Shown piece after piece: positions 58,717-64,000 of a stretch of 64,000 nt of DNA. The DNA is from a virus (Duplodnaviria; Caudoviricetes). The position numbers and the translations under genes are program-made. The stretch is from positions 160,001 to 224,000 of the IMG/VR virus record IMGVR_UViG_3300033498_000048. One strand, written 5' to 3'. How positions within the stretch are numbered: position 1 is the first letter of the stretch; each line of letters begins with the position of its first letter. Below the pieces are notes generated by a model. The model was given only the letters and a program-made list of their open reading frames with translations, had not been told where the DNA came from and did no database searches.

Positions 58717-60309
58717 ATGTCATTTAGTACATTTAAAGGTTTTTTAAAAGAAGGTAGAGTTTCGTTATATGAAGCAATTAGGTTGGGGGATTTCAACAAA
58801 GCTTCTGTAATAATTGGCAAATACATAACACGGACAGTTTGTAAAACGTTTTGTTTACCCGAACCAGAGGTTGTTAAAAGTCGTGGAAAAGAATACATTG
58901 GAATTAGATATTTATTAGATGATGATAGGTCAATCAGATTAAATTGGCTTTCATCTATATCAGCAGCATCTAATCTAGTATCATTCGATTACTGGGATGG
59001 TAGTGGAGCAAAACAATTATTTCCGTCCCATCACATTGAGTTTGATGTAGACCAACAACGAACCCTAGTTAAATCATTGCCATTTATTAAAGATTTTTTG
59101 AATGGAAAGATTAAAGATAAGTCTGGATATTATGTTGATGATGATACTCTATCTGAATCACATAAAATAATTGATACTACGTTTTTGTCGGAGGCTGTAG
59201 TAACAGAAGATGATATTGTATATTCTATAAAAGGTATTATTGATGGATTATCACAAGGTGAAGACTTCTACAAACAATGCAAATCTCCAGATAGGTTGAA
59301 GTTGTATGGTAAGAATATGCGGAAAGTACAGGGGGCAATTAGAGAACTATATCCAATATTTTCCAAGTCTAAATATCCAATTGATAAACTATCAGATATT
59401 GATGTTAATTTGATATTAGATTCTGTTTTGGGTAGAAATGGTAAATCTACAACTGACGGAATAGATTTAATTAAATTTGATGTAACCCCTGGAACGCCAG
59501 AGGTTAGAGTTCCACAAGATAGTACATTAACCGATGTTGAAATTGAAAGAATCTCATATGAAGACCAATTAGAAGATTTAACAACATCAATTGGCTTACT
59601 ATTGGCAGGAGCATCACACGGATTGTTTATTACTGGCAGAGGTGGTACTGGTAAATCTGTTACTGTCAAACAAGCCTTGAATAATAATGGATTACAAGAA
59701 GGTGATGGTTATGTCAAGTTGAAAACAACTGCTACAACAGTTGGTATATATCAATTGTTATACAAATATCGCGACTCTGTGTTATTGTTTGATGATTCAG
59801 ATTCAATATTTACTGACCAAGCAACACGAAACATTTTTAAGGCTGCTACTGAGTCTGGTTCAGAAAAAAGAATGTTAATGTGGGACAAAAAATCTAGTGA
59901 TATTGTTGATTCTGATATATACGATGAAGATGACCCAGAATTTGATAGCAAATATCCAAATCGGTATGAATTTACTGGAAAAATAATATTCATATCAAAC
60001 CTTGAAATGGACAAAGTTGACCCAGATGGTGCATTGCGTACCAGAGGTAATATTTTCAATATATCGGCAACTAATGAAGAGATATATGAAAAGGCTGCAA
60101 AGATTATTATGTTCATTCCGTTGCGAGTTAATTACAATTTAGACAAACCAAAACGGTTAGAGATTCTTGAAGCTTTTGCTGCAAAAAAACGTATGGTAGA
60201 TACAGCAGACCTTAGAACATTTGAGCGAGCGTTAAATGATTCTGCTGCAATCTTATTGCAAGGTGGAGATGATAGTAAATGGAAAACGTGGATAATTAGA
60301 TACTGTTAA
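58717..60309 (+). CDS. AAA+ ATPase with capsid-targeting-like N-terminus
   Basis: MSFSTFKGFLKE; GRGGTGKS, LLFDDSD, IIFISN, ALRTR; TATAAATA at 58676-58683. Confidence 0.8.
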   Translation: MSFSTFKGFLKEGRVSLYEAIRLGDFNKASVIIGKYITRTVCKTFCLPEPEVVKSRGKEYIGIRYLLDDDRSIRLNWLSSISAASNLVSFDYWDGSGAKQLFPSHHIEFDVDQQRTLVKSLPFIKDFLNGKIKDKSGYYVDDDTLSESHKIIDTTFLSEAVVTEDDIVYSIKGIIDGLSQGEDFYKQCKSPDRLKLYGKNMRKVQGAIRELYPIFSKSKYPIDKLSDIDVNLILDSVLGRNGKSTTDGIDLIKFDVTPGTPEVRVPQDSTLTDVEIERISYEDQLEDLTTSIGLLLAGASHGLFITGRGGTGKSVTVKQALNNNGLQEGDGYVKLKTTATTVGIYQLLYKYRDSVLLFDDSDSIFTDQATRNIFKAATESGSEKRMLMWDKKSSDIVDSDIYDEDDPEFDSKYPNRYEFTGKIIFISNLEMDKVDPDGALRTRGNIFNISATNEEIYEKAAKIIMFIPLRVNYNLDKPKRLEILEAFAAKKRMVDTADLRTFERALNDSAAILLQGGDDSKWKTWIIRYC

Positions 60310-60329
60310 TCCGTGTTTGATATATAATT

Positions 60330-61097
60330 GTGAAATGGAGACATGATGTCTCCATTTCACATATGGGGAGAATAAGAAAGATGAAAGTTTACAATGTAGA
60401 TTGTTTAGTTGGAATGAAAGAAATTGAAGATAGCTCGATAGACCATATAATATGTGATTTGCCATATTTTCAGGTATTAAAGAATGATTGGGACAATGCG
60501 TGGAAATCAGGACAAGAATATTTAGGATGGATAAATCAAGTAATATTAGAATATAAGCGAATTATAAAGCCAAATGGAAACATAATATTGTTTGTGGGTC
60601 GCCAATATAGTCACAAGATATGTTCAATGTTGGATTTACATTTCACAGAGAAACGAGTCATAATATGGTCAAGAAAGCGAAACTTAAATAACTCTAGGGG
60701 AAAGGCATTATCTAGTGGATATGAATTGATTTTATATTATTGTAATGGTGTTAATGGAACATTTAATAACATAAAAATAAAACGTGAATCTAATAGAAAA
60801 GAATACACCACTGGAATATTAAAGGATGGAGTTAGTTTATCGGATGTATGGGATGATATTCCAGCATTACCTCACAATTCAAAAGAAAAATTAAAACATC
60901 CATCACAGAAACCAATTAGATTAATCCAACGAATAGTCGATTTATTTACCAATGAAAATGATATTATATTAGACAATTGTGCTGGAACAGGTACTACTGG
61001 AATAGCGTGTTTGAATGGTAATAGAAAGTTCATATTGATGGAATCCAACAAAGAATATTGTGATATAATAAATGACAGAATTACTGGCACAGTGTAA
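60330..61097 (+). CDS. second orphan N6/N4 DNA methyltransferase (beta class)
   Basis: CDLPYF, HPSQKP, ILDNCAGTGTTGIAC; true start probably MKVYNVD. Confidence 0.92.
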   Translation: MKWRHDVSISHMGRIRKMKVYNVDCLVGMKEIEDSSIDHIICDLPYFQVLKNDWDNAWKSGQEYLGWINQVILEYKRIIKPNGNIILFVGRQYSHKICSMLDLHFTEKRVIIWSRKRNLNNSRGKALSSGYELILYYCNGVNGTFNNIKIKRESNRKEYTTGILKDGVSLSDVWDDIPALPHNSKEKLKHPSQKPIRLIQRIVDLFTNENDIILDNCAGTGTTGIACLNGNRKFILMESNKEYCDIINDRITGTV

Positions 61098-62205
61098 AGA
61101 ATTGCTTAATGTTTCTAATAAGTATAATTTAGCCTCGGCTGCAAAGCACATTAAGCTTGATGTAATTAAAGCAACACAAGCATTTCCAGATAAAATAACG
61201 TTATCACAAAGAATACGAGCTATTGCTGACAATAATGCTTGTATTTGTCCATATTGTGGAAAGGTACACGGTAATCCATATCGAGATTATTGTAATCAAC
61301 AATGTTACACAAAACATACAACAGCTAATGCTATATCCAACAAAATCAATAAACTAATTCAAGCAGGTGAAATAAAATATGCTGGTTTAGTTGAAGGTGT
61401 CGATTATCTTGTTTGTCAAGTTTGTGGATGTAAGTGTCAAGATGTAGGTAAACATAGTAAAATCCATGGATTATCTGCTACAGAATATAAACTAAAATTT
61501 GGCATTAAGAAAACTAAAGCTGATATTATTTGTAAATATGGAGCAGATAATCCAGGTTATCAACATGGTGGGAAGTTTTCTAAATGGTCAAAGAATTACA
61601 TCCACGGTTATGACGAAGTTGCTCATAAAGAGTTTAAAGAAAAACAGTCTAAATGTAGGACAAACAACCCAACCAATCATTTTTCTAGGGCGCACTATTC
61701 TAGCGATGCTGAATATAGTAAAGCTCAATCCAGAGGATTAGATTATTTTATTAGAAAATATGGCGATGCTGGAATTGATAAATGGCATAATAAAAATATG
61801 AATATGCAGGTATCTCAACCAATTATGTCTTTTAAATCTTTGTGGACAAATAGAAGTGAGGTTTTAGGACATTTCTACATCCTTAAAATATCAACTGATA
61901 AAATAAAAATCGGAATAACAACAAGAAAGGTGGTGAAACGGTATTGTAATAGTGTTGATGTGATAGTTGATTTAGAATGTACAATATCTATAGCATTTAT
62001 GATTGAACAATTAACAAAACGACAATTTATAAACTTTTTAATTGATAAAAATGATGCTGTAACTGGATTTGGGTGGACAGAAACATTTAACATTAATTGT
62101 TTAGAACCGATGTTGAAATCAGTCGATACTTATGTGAATAATACTGATATGTTATCGACTGATTTCAAATCAACATTTAAGTTGAAATACCCTGACCGTT
62201 TTTAA
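61072..62205 (+). CDS. putative free-standing homing endonuclease (Zn-finger N-terminus, GIY-YIG-like C-terminus)
   Basis: CPYC, CQVCGC...HGLSATEYK.KF; FYILK...IKIGITTRKVVKRY...E.F. Confidence 0.65.
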   Translation: MTELLAQCKELLNVSNKYNLASAAKHIKLDVIKATQAFPDKITLSQRIRAIADNNACICPYCGKVHGNPYRDYCNQQCYTKHTTANAISNKINKLIQAGEIKYAGLVEGVDYLVCQVCGCKCQDVGKHSKIHGLSATEYKLKFGIKKTKADIICKYGADNPGYQHGGKFSKWSKNYIHGYDEVAHKEFKEKQSKCRTNNPTNHFSRAHYSSDAEYSKAQSRGLDYFIRKYGDAGIDKWHNKNMNMQVSQPIMSFKSLWTNRSEVLGHFYILKISTDKIKIGITTRKVVKRYCNSVDVIVDLECTISIAFMIEQLTKRQFINFLIDKNDAVTGFGWTETFNINCLEPMLKSVDTYVNNTDMLSTDFKSTFKLKYPDRF

Positions 62206-62299
62206 TACTTAGATTGAACAAATCTACAATTGTAATTTCCTCAATGGTATTTGTAGATTTGTTCCTGATTGTTAGTTTTGTTTCTGGTGACACACATTT
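62177..62299 (-). CDS. gp17: terminase piece A exon 2: Walker A Lys plus 39-aa split intein N-fragment 1
   Basis: Not in the ORF track. Manual translation K|CVSPETKLTIRNKSTNTIEEITIVDLFNLSIKNGQGIST*. Confidence 0.9.
   Translation of the reverse strand, partial: KCVSPETKLTIRNKSTNTIEEITIVDLFNLSIKNGQGIST
62216..62264. other. 14-bp perfect inverted repeat inside the IntN-1 coding sequence
   Basis: GAACAAATCTACAA / TTGTAGATTTGTTC, just past the stop of the opposite-strand endonuclease. Confidence 0.7.
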
Positions 62300-62609
62300 C
62301 AATATCTTCAGTGATATTCGCTAAATATCACCCGTTTATTAGACTGCTTTAGCTTTTCGCTAAATGTTGAGACTATATCTTAGTGTTTAATAAACACCCC
62401 TAATGTTTCGAGATTGCTTAATCCCTACGGCATATTGCCTAGTCGTTGAACTGCTTCCAGTGTGGTTACATTCCACTTAGGAAACTAGCTGCTGATTTAC
62501 CAATTCTTGATATTGTCACTGTGTTGTATTATTTCTAATACAATTGAGTAATCAAGACTCTAAGGTTGTTCCAGCAATTAAAAAGGTTTTACATGGGCAA
62601 GTTCATCCC
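62300..62609 (-). ncRNA. group I self-splicing intron (310 nt, no ORF) in the terminase gene
   Basis: P AATTGCTGGAA, Q AATCAGCAG, R GTTCAACGACTA and S AAGATATAGTCT in order. P1 AUGGGU/GCCCAU has a U-G pair at the 5' splice site; terminal G. Splicing gives in-frame RQMG|K. Confidence 0.93.
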
Positions 62610-62924
62610 ACCCATTTGTCTTGATAGTAAACATAAATTAAATCTATTTTCCTGGAAAGATTTAATCATTTTTTGTTGATATGGATATAATTTAAATTTA
62701 ACTAAACCTTCATCTAAGTTTACGATATAGACATAGTTTTCAATAAAGTAAATTATGTCAGTGGCACATTTGTAAATTTCCCTAATTTGGTCTTCAGTGT
62801 ATGATAATAGAGTTCCAGCCTTCATAAGTTTTGTATTTCCGTTGTAACAAAACTTATCTTTGTTTAGTGTTGGGGAATCTTCTACTGTTTTATGTGTGTT
62901 TATAGGAACTATTTGAGTTTCCAT
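62610..62924 (-). CDS. gp17: terminase large subunit piece A exon 1
   Basis: YNGNTKL, EIYKCATDIIYFIENYVYIVNLDEGLVKFKLYPYQ...RFNLCLLSRQMG; ATG at 62924 after a GGAG SD. Confidence 0.93.
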
Positions 62925-62956
62925 GTTTGTGTAATCTCCAAATAACAATATTTAGC

Positions 62957-62985
62957 TTGACAAAGGCATTGATGTTAATTATAAT
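62957..62985 (+). promoter_or_regulatory. sigma70-type promoter, divergent from terminase piece A
   Basis: TTGACA-N17-TATAAT perfect match. Confidence 0.8.
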
Positions 62986-63020
62986 TTCTATTAATACATG
63001 ATGCTATTGGAAATATAAAA

Positions 63021-63236
63021 ATGATGCGTAGAACAGAGGTTATAAATGGAGAATTGTATCGTCCAACGATATACGAATTGTCTCGTGGAATCAACGTTGA
63101 GGTGTGGGACGATTTTAACAATTTATATACTGCGAAAGTGATATTGTTTGTTAGTTACCCTAAAAACAGAATCTTAATTGATGATGGAACATTACAACAT
63201 TGGGTAGCATTGAACAAAATCCACAAAGTGGTTTAA
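63021..63236 (+). CDS. hypothetical protein
   Basis: ORF. Confidence 0.5.
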   Translation: MMRRTEVINGELYRPTIYELSRGINVEVWDDFNNLYTAKVILFVSYPKNRILIDDGTLQHWVALNKIHKVV

Positions 63237-63604
63237 TAATGCAAATGAGTAATTCTTATATTGTCTTTGAATTTAAAGACTTGAAGGGCAACCTAGCAAC
63301 ATATTTTAATTCGGTTGAAAAAATGTATGCTGCTGGGTATATGAAAAATAATACCACATTAAGGTCTGCTATGACAGTCCAAGAACTTAAGAACGAATTA
63401 GAAGACATTGAAGTGTGGAGACACGATAATAACTATGTTGGGAACACAATTGATATGATTCCCGATATTAAACCAACGCACAATTATGATTGGATGGGGA
63501 ATATATTAAATGCACTATTGTTAATTGGTACATTAATTTTCATATTGTATATGGTAGATAATCCACCACCAAACGTTGTTGTGACGCACAAGACTGGACA
63601 ATAA
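63200..63604 (+). CDS. hypothetical membrane protein
   Basis: C-terminal hydrophobic helix; start probably internal. Confidence 0.55.
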   Translation: MGSIEQNPQSGLIMQMSNSYIVFEFKDLKGNLATYFNSVEKMYAAGYMKNNTTLRSAMTVQELKNELEDIEVWRHDNNYVGNTIDMIPDIKPTHNYDWMGNILNALLLIGTLIFILYMVDNPPPNVVVTHKTGQ

Positions 63605-63606
63605 TT

Positions 63607-63948
63607 ATGGAACATGAAACAAGTATAAAAATCATAATCGGGGTAATCTTAGGTGTATTGTGTTTAATAGCAGTTCAACAGCATTGGATTTCTGGAATAT
63701 TTAGTTATATCATGTCGTTTGTAACTGAAGACTTTACTATGAGATTCACATCGTATATTCCAGATATTTTAATATTATTATCATTCATTTTAATGGTAAT
63801 AGGAATAATTCATTTAATTCAATATTATATATCTGCAACGATAATTTGTGTATTAGCAATAGCCTTAATCACTGGATATTACAAATATGATATGAATAAA
63901 AGCCACAAACCAGTTGAATATACCACAATCACAAGTCATGGTAATTAA
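63607..63948 (+). CDS. hypothetical membrane protein (about 3 TM segments)
   Basis: Hydrophobic stretches. Confidence 0.6.
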   Translation: MEHETSIKIIIGVILGVLCLIAVQQHWISGIFSYIMSFVTEDFTMRFTSYIPDILILLSFILMVIGIIHLIQYYISATIICVLAIALITGYYKYDMNKSHKPVEYTTITSHGN

Positions 63949-63976
63949 ATATAAATAACAATATTTAGGAGTATTA

Positions 63977-64000
63977 ATGATGACCACATTAGGTATTGAT
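63977..64000 (+). CDS. start of a late gene running off the window
   Basis: TATAAATA at 63950-63957, AGGAG SD, MMTTLGID... Confidence 0.5.

Noticed and set aside
1175-61741. Many short antisense or overlapping ORFs in the track (e.g. 4616..4891, 8828..9193, 12896..13288, 38575..38985, 53386..53916, 59268..59669)
   Set aside because: They are shadows of well-supported genes on the other strand or frame, with no motifs or SD.
62589-62948. Track ORF as a complete 119-aa protein ending GMNLPM*
   Set aside because: The last codons are intron sequence, and the likely start is the ATG at 62924.
1-64000. tRNA or rRNA genes
   Set aside because: No cloverleaf or rRNA-like sequence recognised by eye; tRNAscan-SE or ARAGORN would be needed to exclude them.

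Overview
AT-rich segment of a large T4-like myophage genome. Sigma70-type promoters and IHF-consensus sites suggest a proteobacterial host (inference). It holds the T4-type replication/recombination block (gp41, UvsX, gp43, dUTPase, RegA, gp62/44/45/46/47, gp55, UvsY, UvsW), the head/tail block (gp23-22-21-core-20-19-18) and accessory islands. Main observations: (1) The terminase large subunit gp17 is encoded as three polypeptides. They are joined by two atypically split inteins, and the first piece lies about 14 kb from the others and is itself interrupted by a group I intron that the ORF track misses. (2) DNA polymerase gp43 is a fractured gene (split intein plus free-standing endonuclease), and UvsX and gp44 carry cis mini-inteins. 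(3) A family of 66-bp palindromic elements (19-bp arms with IHF consensus, 28-bp polar core) forms five intergenic clusters. (4) A TET/JBP dioxygenase + amino-acid:DNA transferase + P-loop kinase hypermodification operon runs directly into the terminase pieces. (5) Several late-promoter genes carry capsid-targeting-like N-termini, including a protein kinase. (6) There is a plasmid-type primase/origin-binding helicase and an orphan PtuA-like ATPase with altered catalytic motifs. All calls are by eye from motifs; no database searches were run.
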